Below, piece after piece: positions 47,989 through 57,326 of a DNA stretch of 64,000 bases (positions within the stretch are counted from its first letter, which is position 1; every line of letters starts with the position of its first letter). The notes under the pieces were generated by a model. The model had not been told where the DNA came from. It saw nothing but the letters and a program-made list of their open reading frames with translations, and did no database searches. The position numbers and the translations under genes are program-made. The stretch lies in NCBI GenBank assembly GCA_017416705.1, contig JAFQBG010000034.1, positions 1,117-65,116 of the forward strand. Reading direction: 5' to 3'. The stretch comes from Bacteroidaceae bacterium (GTDB taxonomy: Bacteria > Bacteroidota > Bacteroidia > Bacteroidales > Bacteroidaceae).

Positions 47989-49911
47989 ATGGATAGGAGC
48001 TCTAAAATAATATACATCGTATTTTTACTGTTGCTGGTTGCGTGTGCAAGCATCGGCACGCCCGACGGCGGTCCCTACGACGAGGAGCCGCCTGTATTCC
48101 TGTCGAGCCGGCCCGCCATGAACAGCGTAAACACTACCGAAAAAAAGATAGTACTCGAATTCGACGAGAATATAAAACTCGAAAACGCTTTCGAGAAGAT
48201 TGTTGTGTCGCCACCGCAAATGGAGATGCCCGAAGTAAAATACAATGGCAAACGTATTACAATAGAGCTTTTCGATTCGCTAAAACCCAATACCACATAT
48301 TCGGTCGATTTCAACGACGCCGTTGTCGATAACAACGAGAGCAACCCATTGGAAAACTTCTCGTTCGTATTCTCCACCGGCGAGTCCGTCGATACCTTGG
48401 CCGTTTCGGGAACAGTGCTCAATGCCTCCGACTTGGAGCCTGTAAAGGGCATGTTGGTGGGCATATATACCGCCGGCGACGACTCAGCCTTCTATAAACG
48501 CCCGTTCGAGCGAGTGTCGCGCACCGACAGTCGTGGCCGTTTCACTATAAAAGGCTTGGCCCCCGGCAACTACCGCGTGTATGCACTCTCCGATGCCAAT
48601 CAAAACTATCGCTTCGACCAAAAAAGCGAGAAAATAGCATTCTTGGAGAGCGTTATATCGCCCTATGCAACGCCCGATGTGCGCACCGACACCATTTGGC
48701 GCGACAGCGTCACCGTCGATTCATTGCGCTACGTGCCCTATATCCGTTTCCGTCCCGACGATATTATACTGCGCTCATTCGAGGAGGAGTTTTACTCGCA
48801 GTATCTGCTTAAAAGCACTCGCAAAGAACATAACTCCTTCACGCTATTTTTTGCCGACAGCAACGACAGCATGCCGGTGGTAAAAGGCCTTAATTTCGAC
48901 GACAAAGACGCCTTTGTGGTGGAAGCGTCAGAGAAAATGGACACCCTGCTGTATTGGATAAAAGACACAACGATATATCACAAAGACACCTTGGAACTGT
49001 CTGTTACATATAAAGTAACCGACTCGGTGGGGAACTTCATACCCCGATGCGACACCCTGTACCTTGCACCACGCAAATCCTTTGCGCGAGTATTGGAAGA
49101 GGAACTCGAAGCATACGAAAAGGCCAAGAAAAACTTCCAGAAAAACTCCCGTAAACGTCCCGATTACGACGAGAACAACCCACCCGAATATATACCACCC
49201 ACCAAGGAACTGAAAATAAAATCCTATAATTCGGGTTCCATGGATGTAAATATCCCATACAGAATAGGGTTCGATGAGCCGTTGTCGAGCATAGACACCT
49301 CCAAGATACATGTGCAGAAAGCCATTGACGACTCCACCTATGTCGATATCCCCTTCCTGTTCCGTCGTAACGACGAAAAACACAGGCAATATACCGTATA
49401 TGCCGAGTGGCGTCCCGAACAGAAATATAAGGTCACAGTCGATTCGGCTGCGTTCCATGGGCTGTATGGCGGCACATCCGATAAATTCGAGGAGGGCATG
49501 AAATTCCGTTCGCTCGACGACTATGCAGTGCTCAACCTTGCCATCCCCGGAGCAGGCACAGGAGCCATCGTTCAGCTGTTGAAACAAGACGGCGCAGTCG
49601 TCAGGTCGTTGCCCACGAAAGACTCCCGCTGTACATTCTATTTCATAAAGCCCGGAAAATATTATCTGCGTCTGTTGATGGACGAAAACGGCAATGGAAA
49701 ATGGGATACAGGCGATTATTCCAAGGGATTGCAGCCCGAACGAGTCTATTACTATCCGCACGAATTGGAACTACGTGCCATGTTCGAGTACGACCAAGAC
49801 GATTGGGATATAAAAATGCCGCTCAATAAGCAAAAACCGCTTAAAATAACAAAACAGAAGCCCGACAAAGAAAAGAAAAAACGCAATCGTAACGCCGATA
49901 GAAAATTCTAA
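47989..49911 (+). CDS. Ig-like (SbsA-type) domain lipoprotein
   Basis: 640 aa with lipobox LLLVAC, an N-terminal Ig-like region (PPVFLSSRPAMNSVNT), and a basic C-terminal tail. Confidence 0.65.
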   Translation: MDRSSKIIYIVFLLLLVACASIGTPDGGPYDEEPPVFLSSRPAMNSVNTTEKKIVLEFDENIKLENAFEKIVVSPPQMEMPEVKYNGKRITIELFDSLKPNTTYSVDFNDAVVDNNESNPLENFSFVFSTGESVDTLAVSGTVLNASDLEPVKGMLVGIYTAGDDSAFYKRPFERVSRTDSRGRFTIKGLAPGNYRVYALSDANQNYRFDQKSEKIAFLESVISPYATPDVRTDTIWRDSVTVDSLRYVPYIRFRPDDIILRSFEEEFYSQYLLKSTRKEHNSFTLFFADSNDSMPVVKGLNFDDKDAFVVEASEKMDTLLYWIKDTTIYHKDTLELSVTYKVTDSVGNFIPRCDTLYLAPRKSFARVLEEELEAYEKAKKNFQKNSRKRPDYDENNPPEYIPPTKELKIKSYNSGSMDVNIPYRIGFDEPLSSIDTSKIHVQKAIDDSTYVDIPFLFRRNDEKHRQYTVYAEWRPEQKYKVTVDSAAFHGLYGGTSDKFEEGMKFRSLDDYAVLNLAIPGAGTGAIVQLLKQDGAVVRSLPTKDSRCTFYFIKPGKYYLRLLMDENGNGKWDTGDYSKGLQPERVYYYPHELELRAMFEYDQDDWDIKMPLNKQKPLKITKQKPDKEKKKRNRNADRKF

Positions 49912-49914
49912 CAA

Positions 49915-50739
49915 ATGAAAAAGAGCATAGCTTTCCTTTCTGTTTCGATGTTCACCTGCATGCTGTTTCTTGCGCACACCCCTCTTGTAGCGCAAAACCT
50001 AAGGCAGACACCGGCTTTCAAGTCGGGCGAGGAGTTACGCTGCAATTTCTATTTTAACTGGAAATTTATATGGGTGAAAGCAGGTGGAGCCTCACTTACG
50101 ATACGCGATACCCTTTTCCACGGAAAACGTGCGCAGTACATGCGCTTGCTCAGTACCACAAATAGCAAGGCCGATGCCTTTTTCAGGATGCGCGACACCC
50201 TGACCACTATATTCACCCCCGACCTGAAACCGCTCTATTATCGTAAAGCCTCGGCCGAGGGTAAACGCTATTCTGTGAGCGAAGTGTGGTACGACTACCT
50301 TGCCAATGGCAAGACAAAAGTGTCGCAGTACTATCGTCGCGATAAGAAATCGCCCCGTTACATCGAGGAGCTCTATGACAAAAGCGTCTATGACATGATG
50401 AGTCTTCTGGCCTATGCCCGCACGCTCGATTTTGCATCGTTGAAGGAGAACCAACGGCTAACCTTCTCGGTGGCAACAGGCAAGCGTGTGGAGCCCCAGC
50501 ACCTGATATATCGCGGTCGCAAAGTTCTGAAAGCCGACGACGGACACAAATACAACTGCCTCGTAATATCACTTGTCGAGGAAGATGACGGCAAGGAAAA
50601 AGAGTTAGTAAACTTTTTTGTTACCGACGATGCCAATCACATGCCCATTCTCCTCGACCTACAACTAAATTTTGGCTCGGCCAAAGCACGCCTAACCGAG
50701 AAAAAAGGCATACTATACCCATTGAAACCAATAGAGTGA
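49915..50739 (+). CDS. DUF3108-like secreted protein
   Basis: 274 aa with a signal peptide. The GEELRCNFYFNWKFIWVKAGGASL pattern resembles DUF3108 from memory. Confidence 0.6.
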   Translation: MKKSIAFLSVSMFTCMLFLAHTPLVAQNLRQTPAFKSGEELRCNFYFNWKFIWVKAGGASLTIRDTLFHGKRAQYMRLLSTTNSKADAFFRMRDTLTTIFTPDLKPLYYRKASAEGKRYSVSEVWYDYLANGKTKVSQYYRRDKKSPRYIEELYDKSVYDMMSLLAYARTLDFASLKENQRLTFSVATGKRVEPQHLIYRGRKVLKADDGHKYNCLVISLVEEDDGKEKELVNFFVTDDANHMPILLDLQLNFGSAKARLTEKKGILYPLKPIE

Positions 50740-50763
50740 TATACTACTGATGCTTTGTCCGCA

Positions 50764-50813
50764 AAATCATAAAATCTAAGCAAGGGCATGCCCTTGCTTA
50801 GATTTTATGATTT
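50764..50813 (+). terminator. 50-nt perfect palindrome, probable terminator of the GH3/Ig/DUF3108 operon
   Basis: AAATCATAAAATCTAAGCAAGGGC-AT-GCCCTTGCTTAGATTTTATGATTT, with 24-nt perfect arms. Confidence 0.7.
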
Positions 50814-50904
50814 ATGGCAGCAGTCGCGCTCCCTCGGCAATGCCGCTGTTTGTGTGGCAATCTGCCTATGCCTCCCTTCCCCCCCGATATTGAACCGTTG
50901 CCAT

Positions 50905-50946
50905 AAAAAAAGTATAGCCCAAACAAAGTTTGGGCTATACTTTTTT
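50905..50946. terminator. bidirectional intrinsic terminator downstream of nifJ
   Basis: AAAAAAA-GTATAGCCCAAAC-AAA-GTTTGGGCTATAC-TTTTTT. Confidence 0.8.
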
Positions 50947-50966
50947 ATAGAGTGGAAACGTGTTTA

Positions 50967-53900
50967 TTACTCGTTGCTCCAATCCATTTTAGTCATGCGC
51001 AGGTAGCTTGCATAGCGTTTCTTAGCCATGCTCTCGGCTGCGTCGAACAATTCCTGTGCTTCTGCGGGGAACTGTTTAGCAAGCGATGCGTAACGTACCT
51101 CGCCTTGTAGGAATTCTTGGAACTTATCCCACTGAGGCTCTTTGCTGTCGAGTGTGAATGGGTTCTTGCCTTCCTCTTCCAGTGCGGGGTTGTAACGCCA
51201 CAAGTGCCAGTAGCCACATTCAACAGCGGCAGCCTGCTCTGCTTGTGCCTTGCCCATACCCTTGCGAATACCGTGGTTGATACAGGGAGCGTATGCAATC
51301 ACGAGCGAAGGACCGGGATAAGCCTCGGCCTCGCGTATAGCCTTCAAGCATTGGTCGTAGCTTGCGCCCATTGCTATTTGCGCTACATATACATAGCCGT
51401 ATGTTGTTGCTATCATACCTAAGTCTTTCTTGCGGATACGTTTACCCGATGCGGCAAACTTGGCAATAGCTCCAAGAGGAGTCGATTTCGATGCCTGACC
51501 ACCGGTGTTCGAGTAAACCTCGGTGTCGAGAACAAGGATGTTCAAATCCTCGCCCGATGCTATTACGTGGTCCAAACCACCGTAACCGATATCGTACGAT
51601 GCGCCGTCGCCACCGATAATCCATTGTGAACGCTTAACAAGGTATTGTTTTATGCTGAGTATCTCTTTGCATTTATCGCAGTCGCAAGCCTCGCATGCAG
51701 CAATTATGGCAGGAGCTATCTCTTTTGTCACAGCCGAGCTGAAACGGTTCTCAATCCATTGTTGTGCAAGTGACTTCAACTCGTCGGTGCAGCAGTCGCA
51801 GCCTTGAACTTCGGTGAGCAGACGCTCCAAGCGTGCACGCATCTTGTTCTCGGCAAGCTTCATACCCAAACCAAACTCGCAGAAATCCTCGAAGAGTGAG
51901 TTTGCCCATGCAGGACCTTCGCCTTTCTCGTTGGTGGTGTAGGGTGTCGAGGGAACCGATGCAGAATATATCGACGAGCAACCTGTTGCGTTTGCAACTA
52001 TCTCGTGGTCGCCATATAGCTGGCTGATGAGTTTTACATAAGGTGTCTCACCGCAACCCGAGCATGCACCCGAGAATTGGAACAACGGTGTGGCAAACTG
52101 CGAGTTCTTGGGATTGCTCTTTATGTCTATGAGCGATTGTTTGCTCTTGACGTTCTTCACGCAGTAATCCCAGTTTGCAGCCTCGGCTCTTTCGTCCTCG
52201 AATGGAACCATGGTAAGTGCTTTGCCGCCCAATTTGGGGTTACCGGGACATACGTCAACACAGTTGCCGCAACCCAAGCAGTCCATTACACCCACCTGTA
52301 TGCGGAATTGCATGCCTTTGAGTGCCGCAGGTGCCTTCATTTCTATCTTGTCGGCGTTTATACCGGCAGCCTCTTGCTCGTCCATAACGAACGGACGGAT
52401 ACAAGCGTGAGGACAAACGTATGAACAACGGTTACATTGGATACATTTTTCCATATCCCATTTGGGAACGAATGCGCTCACACCGCGTTTCTCGTATGCC
52501 GATGTACCGCAAGGCCATGTACCATCCTCAATGCCTTTGAATGCCGAAACGGGCAACATGCCACCGTCTTGTGCATTTATGGGACGTACAATGTTCTTTA
52601 TGAAGTCGGGCTCGTCGCGCTCAACGGGAGCATCGGCAGGAAGTGTTGCCCATGCGGGGTCTATTGCAAGTTGTTTGTATTCGCCACCACGGTCAACGGC
52701 TGCATTGTTCTTGTCCACAATGTCCTGACCTTTCTTGCCGTATGATTTAACGATGAATTTCTTCATCTGCTCTATGGCAAGGTCAACGGGGATAACGCCG
52801 GTGATGCGGAAGAATGCGCTTTGCAGTATGGTGTTGGTACGGTTACCAAGACCTATCTCCTGTGCTATCTTTGTAGCGTTTATATAATATACTGTGATAT
52901 CGTTCTCGGCGAAATATCTCTTGATGTTGTTGGGCAAGTGTTTTGCAAGCTCCTCGCCATCCCAAACAGTGTTCAAAAGGAATGTACCGCCCTTTTGCAA
53001 GCCACGAACCACATCGTACATGCGCAAATATGCCTGTACGTGGCATGCCACGAAGTTAGGAGTATTCACAAGGTATGTGCTGCGTATGGGGTTGTCGCCG
53101 AAACGCAAGTGCGAGCATGTGAAACCACCCGATTTCTTCGAGTCGTACGAGAAATATGCCTGACAGTGCTTGTTGGTGTTCTCGCCAATAATCTTGATAG
53201 AGTTCTTGTTTGCACCTACTGTACCGTCGGCACCAAGACCGTAGAATTTAGCCTCGAACATACCCTCGACAACAGCTATTTCCTCTTTCTTGGGCAGCGA
53301 AGTGAATGTAATGTCGTCGGTTATACCCAATGTGAAGTGGTTTTTGGGCATGGGGAGAGCAAGGTTCTCATATACCGACATGATGATAGCGGGTGTTGTG
53401 TCGTTCGAACCTATACCGAAACGACCGCCAACTATGATGGGGTTGATTGCTCTTAGCTCCTCGCAGCTCGAGAATGCCTCTACAACATCCAGATACAAAG
53501 GCTCACCGTTGCTTCCGGGCTCTTTTGTACGGTCAAGAACAGCTATGCGCTTAACGCTTTTGGGCATAACCGCAGCAAGGTATTTGAGCGAGAAGGGACG
53601 GTATAGGTGTACCGATACCAAACCAACTTTTTCGCCTCTTGCCATCATGTAGTCTATGGCCTCTTTTGTGGCTTCGGTAGCCGAACCCATGACAACTATT
53701 ACACGGTCGGCATCCTCGGCACCATAGTATGTGAAGGGTGCGTAGTGACGTCCTGTGATAGCCGAAATTTCACGCATGTACTCTGCTACAATGTCGGGTA
53801 CGGCGTCGTAGAAGGGGTTCACGCTCTCTTTGTGTGTGAAGAATGTCTCGGGGTTCTCTGCTGTACCGCGAGTAACAGGTGAAGAGGGGCTCAATGCTCT

Positions 53901-54521
53901 GTCGCGGAATGCTTGAATGCCTTCCCAGTCAACCAGCGGAGCTATCTCCTCTTGTTCTATCATTTCAATTTTCTGAATCTCGTGTGATGTACGGAAGCCG
54001 TCAAAGAAGTTCATGAAGGGTATGCGGCTCTTTATTGTAGCAAGGTGTGCCACAGCCGACAAATCCATAACCTCCTGAACAGAACCCTCGCACAACATAG
54101 CGAAACCGGTCTGACGACAAGCCATAACGTCCATGTGGTCGCCGAAAATACAAAGTGAGCTACCTGCCAATGAACGTGCCGATACGTGGAATACGCTGGG
54201 TAGTAATTCACCTGCAATCTTGTACATGTTGGGAATCATCAACAACAGACCTTGTGATGCAGTGAATGTGGTTGTGAGTGCGCCGGCCTGCAATGAACCA
54301 TGCAACGCACCTGCTGCGCCACCCTCGGACTGCATTTCCTGTACCGATACAATCTCGCCGAAAAGGTTCTTACGTCCTTGTGCAGCCCATTCGTCGATGT
54401 ACTCGGCCATGGGCGATGAAGGTGTGATAGGGTAGATTGCAGCTACCTCGGAAAACATATAGGCGATGTGTGCCGCCGCTTGGTTTCCGTCGCAAGTAAT
54501 GAATTTTTTTGCTTTTGTCAT
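50967..54521 (-). CDS. nifJ: pyruvate:ferredoxin (flavodoxin) oxidoreductase
   Basis: 1184-aa single-polypeptide PFOR with two 4Fe-4S ferredoxin motifs (CIQCNRCSYVCP, CLGCGNCVDVCP) and a TPP-binding domain. Confidence 0.95.
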   Translation of the reverse strand: MTKAKKFITCDGNQAAAHIAYMFSEVAAIYPITPSSPMAEYIDEWAAQGRKNLFGEIVSVQEMQSEGGAAGALHGSLQAGALTTTFTASQGLLLMIPNMYKIAGELLPSVFHVSARSLAGSSLCIFGDHMDVMACRQTGFAMLCEGSVQEVMDLSAVAHLATIKSRIPFMNFFDGFRTSHEIQKIEMIEQEEIAPLVDWEGIQAFRDRALSPSSPVTRGTAENPETFFTHKESVNPFYDAVPDIVAEYMREISAITGRHYAPFTYYGAEDADRVIVVMGSATEATKEAIDYMMARGEKVGLVSVHLYRPFSLKYLAAVMPKSVKRIAVLDRTKEPGSNGEPLYLDVVEAFSSCEELRAINPIIVGGRFGIGSNDTTPAIIMSVYENLALPMPKNHFTLGITDDITFTSLPKKEEIAVVEGMFEAKFYGLGADGTVGANKNSIKIIGENTNKHCQAYFSYDSKKSGGFTCSHLRFGDNPIRSTYLVNTPNFVACHVQAYLRMYDVVRGLQKGGTFLLNTVWDGEELAKHLPNNIKRYFAENDITVYYINATKIAQEIGLGNRTNTILQSAFFRITGVIPVDLAIEQMKKFIVKSYGKKGQDIVDKNNAAVDRGGEYKQLAIDPAWATLPADAPVERDEPDFIKNIVRPINAQDGGMLPVSAFKGIEDGTWPCGTSAYEKRGVSAFVPKWDMEKCIQCNRCSYVCPHACIRPFVMDEQEAAGINADKIEMKAPAALKGMQFRIQVGVMDCLGCGNCVDVCPGNPKLGGKALTMVPFEDERAEAANWDYCVKNVKSKQSLIDIKSNPKNSQFATPLFQFSGACSGCGETPYVKLISQLYGDHEIVANATGCSSIYSASVPSTPYTTNEKGEGPAWANSLFEDFCEFGLGMKLAENKMRARLERLLTEVQGCDCCTDELKSLAQQWIENRFSSAVTKEIAPAIIAACEACDCDKCKEILSIKQYLVKRSQWIIGGDGASYDIGYGGLDHVIASGEDLNILVLDTEVYSNTGGQASKSTPLGAIAKFAASGKRIRKKDLGMIATTYGYVYVAQIAMGASYDQCLKAIREAEAYPGPSLVIAYAPCINHGIRKGMGKAQAEQAAAVECGYWHLWRYNPALEEEGKNPFTLDSKEPQWDKFQEFLQGEVRYASLAKQFPAEAQELFDAAESMAKKRYASYLRMTKMDWSNE

Positions 54522-54602
54522 AATGCAATAATTTTATAAAATGTTTTTCCTTCGTTTATTCGCAAAAAATATCTTTCTTTGGTATAAATCATAAATGACT
54601 TG

Positions 54603-54610
54603 CAAAATTA
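54603..54610 (-). promoter_or_regulatory. -7 promoter box (TAATTTTG on minus strand) for nifJ
   Basis: CAAAATTA, 81 nt upstream of the nifJ ATG. Confidence 0.45.
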
Positions 54611-54654
54611 CAAAAATATTTCCACATAATAGGGTGTTCCATTATGAATTTGAC

Positions 54655-54662
54655 TATTTTTG
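54655..54662 (+). promoter_or_regulatory. -7 promoter box TATTTTTG
   Basis: 18 nt upstream of ATG 54681. The context TGACTATTTTTGTGA is identical to the psd promoter. Confidence 0.5.
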
Positions 54663-54680
54663 TGATATTTTTTTGATATA

Positions 54681-56357
54681 ATGAGTGTACATAGGTTTAT
54701 AATATCTTTAATAATAGTTTTTGTCTCGTTTTTTTCTTATGCGCAGACAGGGCAAATGCCCAAGTACGAGTATAGGGCGGTGTGGCTCACCACGATAGAA
54801 AATCTCGATTGGCCCCGAACGCTTGTGAAGTCGCCTGCCGATATTCCGTTGCAGAAACGCGAACTGACAAACATACTCGACTCCTTGCAGATGCTCAATG
54901 TGAATACCGTGCTGTTGCAGACACGTGTGCGTGGCGATGTCATATACCCTTCGTCCATCGAGCCATTTTCAAAGGTGCTCACCGGCGTTCATGGTGGCAA
55001 CCCCGGCTACGATGCCTTGGCATTTGCCATCGAGGAGTGTCACAAACGTGGCATGCAGTTGCATGCTTGGTTGGTTACATTGCCGCTTGGCAAGGCGCAG
55101 CATGTGCGTGGCATGGGCCGCTCGTCGCTCAAAAACCGTCGTCCCGAGCTATGCTGTCTGTATAAAGGCAGTTGGTACATGGAGCCTGCCCGACAGGGCA
55201 CAGCCGATTATCTGTCGAGCCTTGTCCGCGAGATAGTGTCGAACTACGATGTCGATGGCATTCACCTCGACTATGTCCGTTATCCCGACGCTCCCAAGAA
55301 CTATCCCGATACCAAGCTATACCGTCGTTACGGTGCGGGGCTGTCGCTTGCCGAATGGCGTCGTTCCAATATCACACGCATAGTATCGGCTGTTTATGGC
55401 ACTGTGAAATCCATAAAACCATGGGTGCGTGTCAGTTGCGCACCGCTTGGCAAGCATGCCGATTTAACTTTTTACTCCTCGTTGGGCTATAACGCACGCA
55501 ATACGGTTTTTCAGGATGCCCAACAGTGGTTGCGCGACGGTATCATGGACATTCTTTTCCCCATGATATATTTCAACGGAAACAATTTCTATCCTTTTGT
55601 GCGCGATTGGCAGGAAAACTCCTATGGGCGTCACGTGGTGCCCGGGCTTGCCCCTTATCGTTTGTTGCCCGAGTATGGCGATTGGGATTTGTTGGAACTG
55701 AAACGGCAGCTATACACGTCGCGCTCGGCATTTGCCCATGGTGCGGCCCTGTTCCGCACTCGTCATCTGCTCGATAATCCCAAGGGATTTATGCAGGCCT
55801 ATGCACAAATAAACAACAGGCCCTCCCTTGTGCCGCCGCTCACGTGGTGTGCCAAGCAAACGCCATGCCCCCCGACAAATCTTGTCGGTGTCAGACGTGG
55901 CGACACCCTCGCGCTACATTGGTCGCCTGCATCGCAGGCCGACACGTTGCCCATGCGCTACAATGTATATATGTCCATAGATGCCCCATGCGATATATCC
56001 GACATTCGTAATTATGTAACCACCGTATCGGCCGACAGCGTCTATAAATGGAGTGGCTATTCGCTATCGACGGTGCATTGGGCTGTTACATCGGTCGATG
56101 CCTATGGGGTGGAGAGCGAGCCACGCTATTGGAGCGAAAAAACAGACAACCGCTCCATGTGTCGCAGCGAATTTACATTGCCCGAGCCTACTGCATGGGG
56201 CATGCAGATTGTTCTGCGCGATGCCGCAGGCTACATCCTGTATAAAGGCCGATATAATACCCGCGTGGGTGTGAGCGGATTGCCCTCGGGAGCATATATG
56301 TTGGAGATAGTGAGTCGCCGGTGGGCGGTACTCAAACGCTATCCCTTCACCCGTTGA
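54681..56357 (+). CDS. GHL10/DUF187-type glycoside-hydrolase-like secreted protein
   Basis: 558 aa with a signal peptide. YEYRAVWLTTIENLDWP and GIHLDYVRYPD are typical of the family annotated as 'family 10 glycosylhydrolase' (YngK-like). Confidence 0.7.
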   Translation: MSVHRFIISLIIVFVSFFSYAQTGQMPKYEYRAVWLTTIENLDWPRTLVKSPADIPLQKRELTNILDSLQMLNVNTVLLQTRVRGDVIYPSSIEPFSKVLTGVHGGNPGYDALAFAIEECHKRGMQLHAWLVTLPLGKAQHVRGMGRSSLKNRRPELCCLYKGSWYMEPARQGTADYLSSLVREIVSNYDVDGIHLDYVRYPDAPKNYPDTKLYRRYGAGLSLAEWRRSNITRIVSAVYGTVKSIKPWVRVSCAPLGKHADLTFYSSLGYNARNTVFQDAQQWLRDGIMDILFPMIYFNGNNFYPFVRDWQENSYGRHVVPGLAPYRLLPEYGDWDLLELKRQLYTSRSAFAHGAALFRTRHLLDNPKGFMQAYAQINNRPSLVPPLTWCAKQTPCPPTNLVGVRRGDTLALHWSPASQADTLPMRYNVYMSIDAPCDISDIRNYVTTVSADSVYKWSGYSLSTVHWAVTSVDAYGVESEPRYWSEKTDNRSMCRSEFTLPEPTAWGMQIVLRDAAGYILYKGRYNTRVGVSGLPSGAYMLEIVSRRWAVLKRYPFTR

Positions 56358-56372
56358 TGTAAGGGGCATGAT

Positions 56373-56419
56373 AAAAACCAAGTAGGAGTTGTTCCGTGAA
56401 CAACTCCTACTTGGTTTTT
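56373..56419. terminator. bidirectional intrinsic terminator
   Basis: AAAAA-CCAAGTAGGAGTTGTT-CCGTG-AACAACTCCTACTTGG-TTTTT, between convergent genes. Confidence 0.85.
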
Positions 56420-56422
56420 ATC

Positions 56423-57325
56423 CTATTTCTGTTTTTTCCCGAACAAGGAAAAATGAACATATTTCTTTGGGTTATCTTTCAAATCGTTCAATAGATTTGT
56501 GGCTGCTTGGCAGGTGGTGTTCAGCTGCTCATATAGCTCCTTGTTTTTCAGCAGCATGCCGGCGGTGCCTTCTCCCTTGTTCAGCCCCTCGGTAATTTGC
56601 TGTATATCGGTTAGCGTGCTGTCAATCTTGCTCAGCATGCTTTTGTAGTCGGTGTCGGTCAGTTGCGAGCTTACTGCAAGCAGGTCGTCCTGCAACCTCA
56701 CCATGCGCTCGGTTATCTGCGGTATGTCATTGGCAAGCAGGCTGTTCAACTGTTTTGTGGTGGTGGTAAGCTCCTCGGTTATATTCTGCGTGTTTTCCAA
56801 CGATGCAGCCAATGCGGGGTTGCTCAATATTGCGTTCAGCGACACAAGTATGGAGTCTGCTTTTGGCAACATCTTGTCGAATGCAGGCATAATCTTGTCG
56901 TTGGCTTCGCCTGCTATTCCGCGGTCCAATATGCCCGTTATGGTGTCGCCCGGTTGCAACATGTTCTTGCTGTCCGATAGTTCTATGCTTATATCGGCTC
57001 CTCCAAGCATGTGGGTGGTTATTTTTGCTGTGCTCCCTTGGGGAATATGCACCCTCTTGTCAATCTCCACCTCCACTAAAATATTGCTCATGTTGGAATA
57101 GTCGTAGTTTATGCTGCGGACATTTCCTGCTTTGTATCCGTTCAGATAAACAGGGCTGGAATTAACCAGTTGGCTCACGTTGTTGAACTTCAAATAATAT
57201 ATCTCGCCCATTCTGAAAAGGTCTATTCCTTTAAAGAAGTTTATCAGGAAATATAGCAGGACAAGGGCGGTGATGCCTATTGCACCTATGAAAAATTCGC
57301 GTGTAAATATTTTCTTTTTTCCCAT
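56423..57325 (-). CDS. MlaD/MCE family protein
   Basis: 300 aa with an N-terminal TM anchor, an MCE domain (VYLNGYKAGNVRSI), and a helical C-terminal region. Confidence 0.8.
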   Translation of the reverse strand: MGKKKIFTREFFIGAIGITALVLLYFLINFFKGIDLFRMGEIYYLKFNNVSQLVNSSPVYLNGYKAGNVRSINYDYSNMSNILVEVEIDKRVHIPQGSTAKITTHMLGGADISIELSDSKNMLQPGDTITGILDRGIAGEANDKIMPAFDKMLPKADSILVSLNAILSNPALAASLENTQNITEELTTTTKQLNSLLANDIPQITERMVRLQDDLLAVSSQLTDTDYKSMLSKIDSTLTDIQQITEGLNKGEGTAGMLLKNKELYEQLNTTCQAATNLLNDLKDNPKKYVHFSLFGKKQK

Positions 57326-57326
57326 T

